A stretch of 64,000 nt of DNA, taken from Bifidobacteriaceae bacterium. Its GTDB lineage: Bacteria; Bacillota; Clostridia; Christensenellales; Borkfalkiaceae. Positions 10,964 through 20,458 of this stretch are shown in pieces. The stretch covers positions 2,597 to 66,596 of the forward strand of contig CAVDPT010000009.1 in assembly GCA_963610935.1 (NCBI GenBank). The letters run 5' to 3'. The first letter of the stretch is position 1. Each line of letters begins with the position of its first letter. The notes under the pieces are model-generated. The model saw only the letters and a program-made list of their open reading frames with translations. It made no database searches and was not told where the DNA came from. The position numbers and the translations under genes were made by a program.

Positions 10964-13603
10964 TTACGCCCTCGGATTGCGGATGTTCGCCTGCGCGGCG
11001 GCGAGACGCGCTATCGGTACTCTGAACGGAGAACACGAAACGTAGTCAAGCCCTATCGCGTGACAGAACTCGATCGACGAGGGATCGCCGCCATGTTCGC
11101 CGCAGATTCCGCAATGGAGGTCCTTTCTCGTCTTTCTGCCGAGCTCTACCGCCATCTCCATAAGTCTGCCCACGCCCGTGGTATCGAGTCTTGCGAACGG
11201 ATCGGATTCGTAAATCTTCGCCGCGTAATAAGACGGCAAGAACTTGCTCGCGTCGTCGCGCGAGAAGCCGAACGTCATCTGCGTTAAGTCGTTCGTGCCG
11301 AAGCAGAAGAACTCCGCTTCCTTCGCGATTTCGTCCGCGGTAAGCGCGGCTCTCGGAATCTCTATCATCGTGCCGACTTCGTATTTAAGGTCTACTCCCG
11401 CTTCCTTTATAATCGCGTCCGCGGTTTCGACTACTATCTTTTTGCAGAACGCAAGCTCCTTTTCTTCGCCGACGAGCGGTATCATTATTTCGGGAACGAG
11501 CTTCCAGTCGGGGTGGCGTTTGCTTACAGCTATCGCCGCTTTAATGACCGCTTTGGTCTGCATAACCGCGATTTCGGGATAGGTTACGGTAAGACGGCAA
11601 CCGCGGTGTCCCATCATCGGGTTAAACTCGTGGAGGGACGCGCAAAGAAGTCTGATTTCCGCAACGGTCTTGCCTTTCGCCTTTGCCAAAAGCTCTATAT
11701 CCGCGTCTATGGTCGGAACGAATTCGTGGAGCGGCGGATCGAGGAATCTTATCGTAACGGGCTGACCTTTAAGAGCTTCCATAAGTCCTTCGAAGTCCGC
11801 CTGCTGCATCGGCTCGATTTTCGCAAGAGCCTCTTCTCTTTCTTCTTTCGTTTCCGAACAAATCATTTCGCGGAATTTATCTATTCTGCCGGGACCGAAG
11901 AACATATGCTCGGTACGGCAAAGCCCGATGCCCTGCGCGCCGAGGTCGGCGGCTCTCTTCGCGTCGTCGGGGGTATCCGCGTTGGTACGCACGCCGAGCG
12001 CTTTATACTTGTCCGCAAGCGCCATGATTCTTCCGAAATATCCGCTGTTGGGATCTACGGGAACGGTCTTTATAGCTATATCGTAAATGTTACCCGTCGA
12101 ACCGTCGAGAGAAAGCTCGTCGCCCTCGCGGAAGGTCTTTCCGCCGAGCTCGAAATACTTCTCTTCTTCGTGCATCTTGATATCGCCGCAGCCGGAAACA
12201 CAGCACGTTCCCATACCGCGCGCAACGACCGCCGCGTGAGAGGTCTGTCCGCCGCGGACGGTAAGTATACCCTGCGCGTACTTCATTCCCTCTATGTCTT
12301 CGGGAGAGGTCTCGAGACGAACGAGTATAACCTTTTTACCCGCTTTGCCGAGCTCTACCGCGTCTTCGGGTGTGAAAACTATTTTGCCCGCAGCCGCCCC
12401 CGGGGAAGCCGCGATGCCCTTACCTACGACGTTTTCTTTATCCGCTTTTTTAAGAGCAGCCGCGTCGAAGGTGGGGTGAAGTAACATATCGAGGGTTTTC
12501 GCGTCGATTTGGAGAAGCGCTTCTTTCTCTGTTATCATACCCTCGTCGATGAGGTCGCAAGCGATGCGGATAGCCGCCGCCGCGGTACGTTTGCCGTTTC
12601 TTGTCTGGAGCATATAGAGTTTGCCTTTTTCGATGGTGAACTCCATATCCTGCATATCTCTGTAATGATTTTCGAGCGTTTTGCAGATTTCGAGGAACTG
12701 CCGATAAACGTCGGGGAGAACTTCCGCCATTTTGGAAATGGGCATCGGGGTACGAACGCCCGCAACGACGTCTTCTCCCTGCGCGTTCATAAGGAATTCG
12801 CCCATAAGTCCCTTTTCGCCGGTCGCGGGGTTACGGGTAAACGCAACGCCCGTGCCGCAATCGTTGCCCATATTGCCGAACGCCATCATCTGAACGTTTA
12901 CCGCGGTACCCCAGCTGTACGGAATATCGTGGTCCATTCTGTAAACGTTCGCTCTCGGATTGTCCCAAGAACGGAAAACCGCTTTGATTGCCTCGAAAAG
13001 CTGTTCCTTCGGATCGGTCGGGAAGTCTTTGCCGAGAGCCTGTTTATATTTTGCCTTAAACTCTTCCGCAAGCTCGTGCAGATCTTCCGCGGTGAGGTCT
13101 ACGTCGTAAACGACGCCCTTCTTTTCTTTAAGCGCGTCGATGAGCGACTCGAACTCCTTCTTCGACACTTCCATAACGACGTCGGAGAACATCTGTATAA
13201 ATCTTCTGTAGCAGTCCCACGCCCAACGGGGATTGCCTGATTTTTTCGCAAGGACTTCTACGACCTCTTCGTTTAAACCGAGGTTAAGAATGGTGTCCAT
13301 CATCCCGGGCATGCTTGCGCGCGCGCCCGAACGCACCGAGACGAGCAAGGGGTTTTCCTTGTCGCCGAACTTTTTCCCCGCGATTTTTTCGAGCTTTGCG
13401 ACGTTTTCCATAATCTCGGCTCTTATCGAGTCGTTGATTTGTCTGCCGTCCTCGTAGTATTTGGTGCAGGCTTCGGTAGAAATCGTAAAGCCCTGCGGCA
13501 CGGGGAGACCGATATTGGTCATTTCCGCAAGGTTTGCGCCCTTGCCGCCGAGAATTTCGCGCATCTTCGCGTTGCCTTCGCTGAATAGGTAAACGTACTT
13601 CAT
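10964..13603 (-). CDS. ppdK: Pyruvate, phosphate dikinase
   Basis: Full-length PPDK: ATP-grasp N-terminus, phospho-His loop GGQTSHAAVVARGMG, and a C-terminal PEP-utilising TIM barrel. Confidence 0.95.
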   Translation of the reverse strand: MKYVYLFSEGNAKMREILGGKGANLAEMTNIGLPVPQGFTISTEACTKYYEDGRQINDSIRAEIMENVAKLEKIAGKKFGDKENPLLVSVRSGARASMPGMMDTILNLGLNEEVVEVLAKKSGNPRWAWDCYRRFIQMFSDVVMEVSKKEFESLIDALKEKKGVVYDVDLTAEDLHELAEEFKAKYKQALGKDFPTDPKEQLFEAIKAVFRSWDNPRANVYRMDHDIPYSWGTAVNVQMMAFGNMGNDCGTGVAFTRNPATGEKGLMGEFLMNAQGEDVVAGVRTPMPISKMAEVLPDVYRQFLEICKTLENHYRDMQDMEFTIEKGKLYMLQTRNGKRTAAAAIRIACDLIDEGMITEKEALLQIDAKTLDMLLHPTFDAAALKKADKENVVGKGIAASPGAAAGKIVFTPEDAVELGKAGKKVILVRLETSPEDIEGMKYAQGILTVRGGQTSHAAVVARGMGTCCVSGCGDIKMHEEEKYFELGGKTFREGDELSLDGSTGNIYDIAIKTVPVDPNSGYFGRIMALADKYKALGVRTNADTPDDAKRAADLGAQGIGLCRTEHMFFGPGRIDKFREMICSETKEEREEALAKIEPMQQADFEGLMEALKGQPVTIRFLDPPLHEFVPTIDADIELLAKAKGKTVAEIRLLCASLHEFNPMMGHRGCRLTVTYPEIAVMQTKAVIKAAIAVSKRHPDWKLVPEIMIPLVGEEKELAFCKKIVVETADAIIKEAGVDLKYEVGTMIEIPRAALTADEIAKEAEFFCFGTNDLTQMTFGFSRDDASKFLPSYYAAKIYESDPFARLDTTGVGRLMEMAVELGRKTRKDLHCGICGEHGGDPSSIEFCHAIGLDYVSCSPFRVPIARLAAAQANIRNPRA

Positions 13604-13741
13604 TTAATTACTTCCTCCAAAAGTTTGCTGTAAATAAACTTTTTTTATAGACTTCGCCGTTTACGGCTTATCTATTTTACACTATTTTAATTTTTTTTTC
13701 AACCTTTATTGCCCACTTCTCTCAACTTCTTCGATATATTT

Positions 13742-14452
13742 TTATAGTTTTATCAATTCCTTGAGGGATTTGAGCGTTTCGTCCGTCTTTAACGTTATAT
13801 AATGATCTATAAGCTTTAACGGGGGCATCGCCTCGTTTTCGTCTATTTCCTCCCCCGCCGCCGCCCGACGAAGCGCGTAGAAGGTGGAAAGTCTTATTTC
13901 CCTGCCCCTGTCCTCTTTGCAGTCCTCGCACAAAAACCCGCCCGACGCGTGGTCGAAATACACTCTTTCCTCGGGGAGCGCGCCGCATTTATAACAGCAC
14001 TCGGCGTTTATCCCGTAGCCCGAAAGCCTTAACGCGCCGATAAGAAAATTCAAAAGGAGCGGTTCTGCGGGACGATTTCCGTATGCGAGATTTTTGAGAA
14101 ATTCCGCGGTTAAAACGAACAATTCCGCCGAAACGATGCCCTCTTTAAGGAATTTTCTGTCGTATTCTATCGCCGCACCCGCCGCGAAAAACTTGCGCAC
14201 GTCCTCTCTGACGGGATAAAAACTGTCTATTAAACTCGCCCCGATAACTGTGCGCATATTGCCGCGCACCGAAAAAACGTATTCGGTAAAACAAAAAGGC
14301 TCGGCAGCGAATTTCATCTTCGCGCCCGCCTTTTTTACCCCTTTGATTTTTGCGGAAACTACCCCCTTGTCCAAAGTAAAGATATTGAGAATTTTGTCGC
14401 TCTCTCCGAACGACACCGCGGAGAGAACTATTCCCTGTGCTTTTTCTTCCAT
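13742..14452 (-). CDS. recO: DNA repair protein RecO
   Basis: OB-fold N-terminus and Zn-finger CxxC...CxxC (CYKCG...CEDC), with the era-yqzL-recO synteny. Confidence 0.85.
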   Translation of the reverse strand: MEEKAQGIVLSAVSFGESDKILNIFTLDKGVVSAKIKGVKKAGAKMKFAAEPFCFTEYVFSVRGNMRTVIGASLIDSFYPVREDVRKFFAAGAAIEYDRKFLKEGIVSAELFVLTAEFLKNLAYGNRPAEPLLLNFLIGALRLSGYGINAECCYKCGALPEERVYFDHASGGFLCEDCKEDRGREIRLSTFYALRRAAAGEEIDENEAMPPLKLIDHYITLKTDETLKSLKELIKL

Positions 14453-14537
14453 AAAGGTCTTTTCCTTTCGTTTGCGGAGTTTTCCGCCGTTATTATCCTA
14501 TAATCTTGCCGCCGCGCTTATCGCTTTTCAGTATTTT

Positions 14538-14660
14538 TCAACGCTTTCGGAGCTCGTTATAAAGCATATAATAGGAAATTTTGCCCGTTTTTTCAAAGGC
14601 ACGCCACGCCTCGTCGATTGCGGAGCTTTTGAGTGCGCCGCGCTTTTTCTTTTCGTTCAT
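14538..14660 (-). CDS. yqzL: YqzL-like small protein (40 aa; absent from the ORF track)
   Basis: Hand translation gives MNEKKKRGALKSSAIDEAWRAFEKTGKISYYMLYNELRKR. SD aagggggag lies 5 nt upstream. It sits between era and recO, exactly as B. subtilis yqzL does. Confidence 0.6.
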   Translation of the reverse strand: MNEKKKRGALKSSAIDEAWRAFEKTGKISYYMLYNELRKR

Positions 14661-14743
14661 TTTTCTCCCCCTTACTAAACGAGTATGGGGAAGAGAAAAA
14701 TTTTTATGCGCGCTCTTTCTTCCTCTTTTCGGGATTTACTTTC

Positions 14744-15625
14744 TTATTCCTCTCCGTAACCGTGCTGCTTAATAAGTCTTGCGCTGTTGCGCCAGTCCTC
14801 TTTTACCTTGACGTAGGTCGTTAAAAACACCTTGCGCCCCAAAAACTTTTCCATATCCGCGCGCGCAAACGAAGAGACTTCTTTTATCGCCGCGCCCTGC
14901 TTTCCGATGAGTATCGCCTTATGTCCCGCCTTTTCGCAGATTATATCGAGGCTTATATCGTACACCTTGCCGTCCTCGCGAAGAGAAAATTCGTTGACGA
15001 TGACCGCCACGCCGTGCGGTATTTCCGCGCCGAACTTCAAAAGTATTTTTTCGCGCATTATCTCGGAAATCATAAACTTTTCCGAACGATCGGAAATTAT
15101 GTCTTCCTCAAACAGCTTTTCGCCCTCGGGGAGCATTCTTTCCACGACTTTTATAAGCTCTTTTATGTTCTTGCCCTTTCTTGCCGAAACGGGAACGACT
15201 TCCGCGCCGAATTCCGCAAGGTCCTTTAGCTCCGCTATAAGCAGGCTCTCGGGCATAATGTCCGTCTTCGTCGGAACGATTATAAGCGGCTCGCCGAGCT
15301 TGACGAATTTTTTTATCGTCTCCTTGTCCCTTTCGCCTATCCCCTCGTGCGCGTCTATGACGAAAAGTATCAAATCCACGTCCTTGGCGGAATCTTCCGT
15401 GGTTTTCTGCATGACCGAATTGAGGAGATTGTCCGCGCGGTAAATACCGGGGGTGTCTATAAACGCCGCCTGCATCGAACGGGTGGTGAGTACGCCTAAA
15501 ATTCTGTCGCGGGTGGTCTGTGGTTTTGGCGAAACTATCGCCACCTTTTCTCCGACGAGGACGTTTACGAGGGTGCTTTTGCCCGCGTTCGCCCTGCCGA
15601 CGACGGCTATATATCCGCTTTTCAT
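14744..15625 (-). CDS. era: GTPase Era
   Basis: G1 GRANAGKS, G3 DTPG, G4 TKTD, and a C-terminal KH domain. Confidence 0.95.
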   Translation of the reverse strand: MKSGYIAVVGRANAGKSTLVNVLVGEKVAIVSPKPQTTRDRILGVLTTRSMQAAFIDTPGIYRADNLLNSVMQKTTEDSAKDVDLILFVIDAHEGIGERDKETIKKFVKLGEPLIIVPTKTDIMPESLLIAELKDLAEFGAEVVPVSARKGKNIKELIKVVERMLPEGEKLFEEDIISDRSEKFMISEIMREKILLKFGAEIPHGVAVIVNEFSLREDGKVYDISLDIICEKAGHKAILIGKQGAAIKEVSSFARADMEKFLGRKVFLTTYVKVKEDWRNSARLIKQHGYGEE

Positions 15626-16092
15626 TCTTCCGTTTCTCCGAGCAGGGCGAGGATTTCTTTTTCCTTTTCGCGCATTTCCGCCTTATCCTCGTCCGTCATG
15701 TGGTCGTAACCGAAAAGGTGCAAAATTCCGTGAATTATAAGGTATTCCGTTTCGCGCTCTTCGCTATGCCCTATTTCGGCGGCTTGCTCTTTGATTCTTT
15801 CCTCGCACAAGACTATCGAACCGATAAAGATATATCCGCCGTCCATTTCGGTAAAGCAATCTTTTTTGTTAAGCACCGCGCCGCGAATACCCTCGAGGGT
15901 CGGAAAGGACAGCACGTCCGTGACCTTGTCCACTCCGCGCTCTTTTTTGTTGAGAACCTGTATGCCCTCTTCGGACTCGAAAACGAGTTCGGCTTTGATT
16001 TTGGCTTTTTGCCCCAAAACCGTATACGCCGCTTTTGCAAGCTTTCTGAGCTTTAGTTTTTTTTGTAAGCTTTCTATAACGAGTTTTCCCAT
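15622..16092 (-). CDS. ybeY: rRNA maturation endoribonuclease YbeY
   Basis: Zn-binding motif HGILHLFGYDH. Its stop overlaps the era start. Confidence 0.9.
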   Translation of the reverse strand: MGKLVIESLQKKLKLRKLAKAAYTVLGQKAKIKAELVFESEEGIQVLNKKERGVDKVTDVLSFPTLEGIRGAVLNKKDCFTEMDGGYIFIGSIVLCEERIKEQAAEIGHSEERETEYLIIHGILHLFGYDHMTDEDKAEMREKEKEILALLGETEE

Positions 16093-17588
16093 TACGCTTC
16101 GTCCTTCTTTTCGTCCGTATCGTCCCCTATTTTGTCGAGGCTGATTTTCGGATATTCTATGCGGCTGTGATATACGCCGGTTAAACTGTTTACCACCGTG
16201 TTTATTATTATATTAAGCTCCTTCAGGGTTATTTCGCATTCGTCGAACTGTCCCCATTCCATACGGTCGCTGACTATCTTTTTTACCACCCCGTAAACGT
16301 TCTCCCTCGAGCGATCGGGAAGAGCGCGCGCCGCCGCTTCGCACCCGTCCGCAATCATTATTATCGCGGCTATTTTGGTCTGCGGTTTCGGTCCCGCATA
16401 ACGATATTGCGCAAGAGACACCTCGCCGTCGGTAAACTTCTTCGCTTTGTCGTAAAAGTAAATAATGGGGAGCGTGCCGTGATGTTGCAAGCATACGTCC
16501 GCGATAATCTGCGGCATACGGTTTTTCATCATAAGCTGATAGCCGTCCGTCGCGTGCGCCTTGATTATGTTTGCGGAAAGCTCCGGCGTAAGGTCGTCGT
16601 GCGGATTAGTACCGTCCGCCTGATTTTCCTTAAAGAAATCGGGGCGACGGAGCTTGCCTATGTCGTGATAATAAGCGCACGTTCTCGCGAGCAACGCGTC
16701 CTCTTCTATCGCCGTCGCGCACGCCTCGGCAATGTTCGACACGACTATGGCGTGGTTGAACGTCCCGGGGGCTTGCGCTATCATTTTCCGTATAAATTTA
16801 GCCTTATGGTCGGTAAGCTCGGCGTACTTAAAGAAGGAGGCTTTTTTAAACAGCACTTCAAAAAACGGCAAAAGCACTATAAACAGCGCGGCGGAAAGCG
16901 GTCCCGAACAAGCCGCGGAGGATAGCGAAACCGCGAGGTTGTTGCTTCCGACGTCAACGAGCGGCAACGCCACGCATAAAAGCGCGGGGAGCGATAACAA
17001 TAAGCTCAAAGAAAGTAGTTTTACCCTCGAGCTTACTTCCTTCAGAAAGTATATGGCAATCGTCCCCGAGGAAATCCCCATCGCGAGGAAAAACACCGCC
17101 GAATATTCGGAAAAATCACTCGTCGTTCCCGAAAAGTTATCGAACAAAAAAGTTATCGCGCAGAACAGAAAATTCATAAACGCCGCCGTTCTGCTGTTAG
17201 TCAAAAACAAAACGAGCAGGGCGGAAAGCGCGAGCGGGCGGACGTACATATCGACGTACTGTCCGGTTAAAAAACAAATTATTACGGACAACTCCAAAAC
17301 AAGAAAGAGCATTTCGGAATTGGCGGCGTCGCGCAGAAAATTCCTGTCCTCGAAAAAGAAGAATATCGCAATCACCGCGACGAACAGCGATAAAAGCAAT
17401 ACGAAATTGATAAACACCTCGGGCTTGTCGAAAAACTCCGTGAGGGTATCCTTGCCGCGCGCGCCGTTTATCGCGACGATTGCCACGAATATGAGCGTAA
17501 GAATAACCACGTTCATAACGTAAGTCGCCACGACGGCGGCGACGTTGCCCCTTGTCCAAGGCTTGATTTTCATTGATTTTTTTTCCAT
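16092..17588 (-). CDS. pgpH: 7TM-HD membrane phosphohydrolase (PgpH/YqfF-like)
   Basis: Seven predicted TM helices followed by an HD domain (HDIGK...HH). Position between yqfD and ybeY matches B. subtilis. Confidence 0.8.
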   Translation of the reverse strand: MEKKSMKIKPWTRGNVAAVVATYVMNVVILTLIFVAIVAINGARGKDTLTEFFDKPEVFINFVLLLSLFVAVIAIFFFFEDRNFLRDAANSEMLFLVLELSVIICFLTGQYVDMYVRPLALSALLVLFLTNSRTAAFMNFLFCAITFLFDNFSGTTSDFSEYSAVFFLAMGISSGTIAIYFLKEVSSRVKLLSLSLLLSLPALLCVALPLVDVGSNNLAVSLSSAACSGPLSAALFIVLLPFFEVLFKKASFFKYAELTDHKAKFIRKMIAQAPGTFNHAIVVSNIAEACATAIEEDALLARTCAYYHDIGKLRRPDFFKENQADGTNPHDDLTPELSANIIKAHATDGYQLMMKNRMPQIIADVCLQHHGTLPIIYFYDKAKKFTDGEVSLAQYRYAGPKPQTKIAAIIMIADGCEAAARALPDRSRENVYGVVKKIVSDRMEWGQFDECEITLKELNIIINTVVNSLTGVYHSRIEYPKISLDKIGDDTDEKKDEA

Positions 17589-17623
17589 TTCCGTGTTTCC
17601 CTTCAGGGCGAATTTCGGCAGGG

Positions 17624-18553
17624 CTACCCCGCAATAGTCGTCCTTAAATAGTATAGCTCCGCCGTGTAGACGAAACCGTCCTTATCTTCCGATACCGTTA
17701 TCCTCTCTTCGGCAAAATCTTCGCCGAACCGCGCTTCGGCAAGCATAAGGCAAAGCTTTTCCTCGCCCGCGTTTTGCGAATAATAGGTAAACGTCCTTTT
17801 TACCTTTATCGAAACCCTTGCGACGACGCCGACGAATACTCTGCCGTCTCCGACGGTTGCCGTGCCGTCCGCGATAAGGTCTCCTTTTTTTACCGCGTCG
17901 CCGACGCTTACCTTCGCCTCTCCGCGGTAGACCTTGATTTTCTCTATAACGCCGTCCTCTTCGGCGCGAAGCTCCTTAACCCCGCCCGTCAAAACGTCCT
18001 TTTCCTCTTCGGCGAGAGCGGAATCTATCACCAGCCGATTGCCGCGCTTCGTACAGGAAACGAAGGATAGGCGCGGACTGCTCGTAAGAATTCCGTCCGC
18101 AAGCCCCTTTAAATCGAGCGAGGAAAAGCGGGACAACTCTTTCACCCCGACCGAGGAAAGATAGCCGTCTATCTCTCTTTTAAGAATTTTTCCGCTGCCC
18201 GTATATTCCGTCGAGAACACGAAGTCTCCCGAAAAAGCCGCGAGCGCGACGAAAACCGCCGCTCCTATTATGATTCCGAGGTTATGTAAAAGGTATAAAA
18301 GCGGCTTATCCCGTCCGCTCGTTTTTATCCTTACCGTATCAGTATAACACAATTCTCGCATAATTGCAAAAAATTTTTGCTTTTCTGAAAATTTTAAGGT
18401 AATAAACAGCGTTTTATCGTCCTTTTTTTCCGCCCTCTCCACTTCTACCCCTCGGCGAACGAGGGCGTTTAACAAAACCTCGGCGTTTAAGGCGCGCACT
18501 CTGAACGTCTCGTATACCTTTAGACCTTTTCCACAGAAGAGACGTCGCCGCAT
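17624..18553 (-). CDS. yqfD: Sporulation protein YqfD (start uncertain)
   Basis: The N-terminus (LNAEVLLNALVRRGVEV), single TM and C-terminal domain are colinear with YqfD. The ATG at 18553 was chosen because the longer track ORF adds an Arg-rich extension overlapping yqfC. Confidence 0.7.
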   Translation of the reverse strand: MRRRLFCGKGLKVYETFRVRALNAEVLLNALVRRGVEVERAEKKDDKTLFITLKFSEKQKFFAIMRELCYTDTVRIKTSGRDKPLLYLLHNLGIIIGAAVFVALAAFSGDFVFSTEYTGSGKILKREIDGYLSSVGVKELSRFSSLDLKGLADGILTSSPRLSFVSCTKRGNRLVIDSALAEEEKDVLTGGVKELRAEEDGVIEKIKVYRGEAKVSVGDAVKKGDLIADGTATVGDGRVFVGVVARVSIKVKRTFTYYSQNAGEEKLCLMLAEARFGEDFAEERITVSEDKDGFVYTAELYYLRTTIAG

Positions 18554-18780
18554 ATCGCCAAATCCCCCGCACAATATTTTTTTATATATAAATTCTCGCC
18601 GACAACGACAAGCCCGCCCTTTTTGAGCCTTATCTCCACCCTCTTTTCGGAATAGCTCTTTATAGAACGCGCTCCCTCTATATACAGCGCGCCGAAACCG
18701 AAAAGCGCGGCGCGAAAAACGGGGGCGGCGGTAATTCCCGCCTCCGAAAAACACTCTTTAATCTCTTCTATAAGCCCCAT
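18520..18780 (-). CDS. yqfC: YabP/YqfC-family sporulation protein
   Basis: 86-aa protein of YabP/YqfC size and pattern, directly upstream of yqfD. Confidence 0.7.
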   Translation of the reverse strand: MGLIEEIKECFSEAGITAAPVFRAALFGFGALYIEGARSIKSYSEKRVEIRLKKGGLVVVGENLYIKKYCAGDLAICGDVSSVEKV

Positions 18781-18893
18781 TCGCGTTACCCCGCAGATAA
18801 ATTTTATGCCGAAACGGGGTTTAAAATACCCTTTAAAAACGGCGACGCGCGAAGAAAACTCCGCGCGCCGCGTTTCGAGGTGTTTTATATCCT

Positions 18894-19484
18894 TTATTTA
18901 TCTTCCTTTTTAAGCTCGGCGAGAATTTGCTTTAAAAGTCCCTCCGTGCTGTTTTTTGCGGCTTCCTCCGCCTCCGCCGCGGCTTTTTCGGCTTCTTCTT
19001 TTGCTTTTTTGTCCGCCTCTGCTTTCTTTTCCGCGCGATACTCGTCAAGTGCCTTCTTGTCGAAACAACCGAAACCTCTCTTCTTAAGTTCGGCTTTTTC
19101 TTCTTTTGTCGGCTTTCCCTCAAACAGCTTTTTGTTGTTTGCCTGAATGTCGTTGAACGTCTTAACGATGCAGAAGAGTATAAACGCTATAAGCAGGAAG
19201 TTTATTATTGCGTTTATAAACGCGCCCCAGTCTATATAAATAGAATTCGCGAGATCGACCTTGCCGTCTTCTCCCATGACCTTTACGAGGAAGGTATAAA
19301 TATCCGAGAGCGACTCTCTGCCGAGAATGAGCTTTAACAGCCAGTTTATTATCGGCTGTAAAATGTTGGTGGTAAGCGCGGTGACTATCGCGGTGAACGC
19401 GCCGCCTATAATAACGCCGACTGCCATATCGAGCACGTTTCCGCGCGTGATAAAGGTCTTGAATTCTTTGAAAAATTTCTTCAT
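18894..19484 (-). CDS. mscL: Large-conductance mechanosensitive channel MscL with a long K/E/A-rich C-terminal extension
   Basis: MKKFFKEFKTFITRGNVLDMAVGVIIGGAF matches the MscL N-terminus and TM1. Start was set at the third in-frame ATG to match the family N-terminus. Confidence 0.85.
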   Translation of the reverse strand: MKKFFKEFKTFITRGNVLDMAVGVIIGGAFTAIVTALTTNILQPIINWLLKLILGRESLSDIYTFLVKVMGEDGKVDLANSIYIDWGAFINAIINFLLIAFILFCIVKTFNDIQANNKKLFEGKPTKEEKAELKKRGFGCFDKKALDEYRAEKKAEADKKAKEEAEKAAAEAEEAAKNSTEGLLKQILAELKKEDK

Positions 19485-19632
19485 TTTGTCTTTTGCTCCT
19501 TCGTGTTTCATCTTTTTACTTTGAGTTTGACGAGCCTTCTCGTAAGTCGCGCGCACCGCGCGGGCGATGCCGAATAAAGCGCGGCTAAAAGCTCCTTTTC
19601 TCCTGTTTTAACTTTTTTCTCTCTCTTCACCC

Positions 19633-20418
19633 TTATTTTCCCGCTATCGCCGTCACCGTCGTCGCTATCGCCATAAGCGCGAGATACAGCGAAAACCATT
19701 TATAATTTGCTTTCTTTATTATCTTGAGCATAAATTTTATGGCTATGTATCCCGTTATCATCGCGGTCAAAACGCCGAGTAACAGCGGAAGAGCCGCAAT
19801 CTCGCCGACGGCTTCTCCTTTTACCACCTTCACTCCCTGCAAAAGGACGGCGGCAAGTATTATCGGAATGCTCATGATAAAGGTAAAGCTCGCGTTCGAT
19901 TCTCTGTCCACCTTCCCTATCGTGCCGAAAGTCGTAGTCGTCCCGCTCCTCGATATTCCGGGGAAAACGCCTATCGCCTGACCGCAACCCATAATAAGCG
20001 CGGTCTTACAGTTTATCGGGTTTATAAGCTCGACTTTTTTCGCCCGTCTTTCCGCAAACAGCAGCTCCGCCGCCGTGAATAAAAACGCTATCGCGAGAAT
20101 CCAGATATGCTCGGAAAAAAGGGCGTCGAGGTCAACGGACAGCTCGAAGATTATGCCGACTATCCCCGCGGGAACGGTGGCGATTATAAGATACAGCATT
20201 TTATTGAACGGCTTTTTAAACAGCGCGAGAATTTCCCGCCACAAAACCACGACGACGGGAACAAGCGTGCCGACGTGAAGCATAATGCTGTAAAAAGTTA
20301 CGTTGTCCTCTATTCCGAACCAGTGCTGAATCAAAATCAGATGTCCGCTCGAAGATATGGGCAGAAATTCCGCAAAACCCTGCACCGCGCCGAGTATTAT
20401 CGCCTGCCAAATTGTCAT
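19633..20418 (-). CDS. uppP: Undecaprenyl-diphosphate phosphatase
   Basis: BacA motifs QGFAEFLPISSSGH and PGISRSG, multi-TM. Confidence 0.9.
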   Translation of the reverse strand: MTIWQAIILGAVQGFAEFLPISSSGHLILIQHWFGIEDNVTFYSIMLHVGTLVPVVVVLWREILALFKKPFNKMLYLIIATVPAGIVGIIFELSVDLDALFSEHIWILAIAFLFTAAELLFAERRAKKVELINPINCKTALIMGCGQAIGVFPGISRSGTTTTFGTIGKVDRESNASFTFIMSIPIILAAVLLQGVKVVKGEAVGEIAALPLLLGVLTAMITGYIAIKFMLKIIKKANYKWFSLYLALMAIATTVTAIAGK

Positions 20419-20458
20419 AAGCTTTCTCCTTTTTTTGCGCCTTAAATCGCTCCTTCTT

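Noticed and set aside
17624-18754. The full 376-aa track ORF for yqfD, including a 67-aa Arg-rich N-terminal extension.
   Set aside because: The extension overlaps almost all of yqfC in another frame and has junk-like composition. The family N-terminus aligns with the internal ATG at 18553.
19508-19699. 63-aa minus-strand ORF in the uppP-mscL spacer.
   Set aside because: It overlaps the 3' end of uppP, has no SD, and has odd composition (DSDDGDGDSGK then a basic run).
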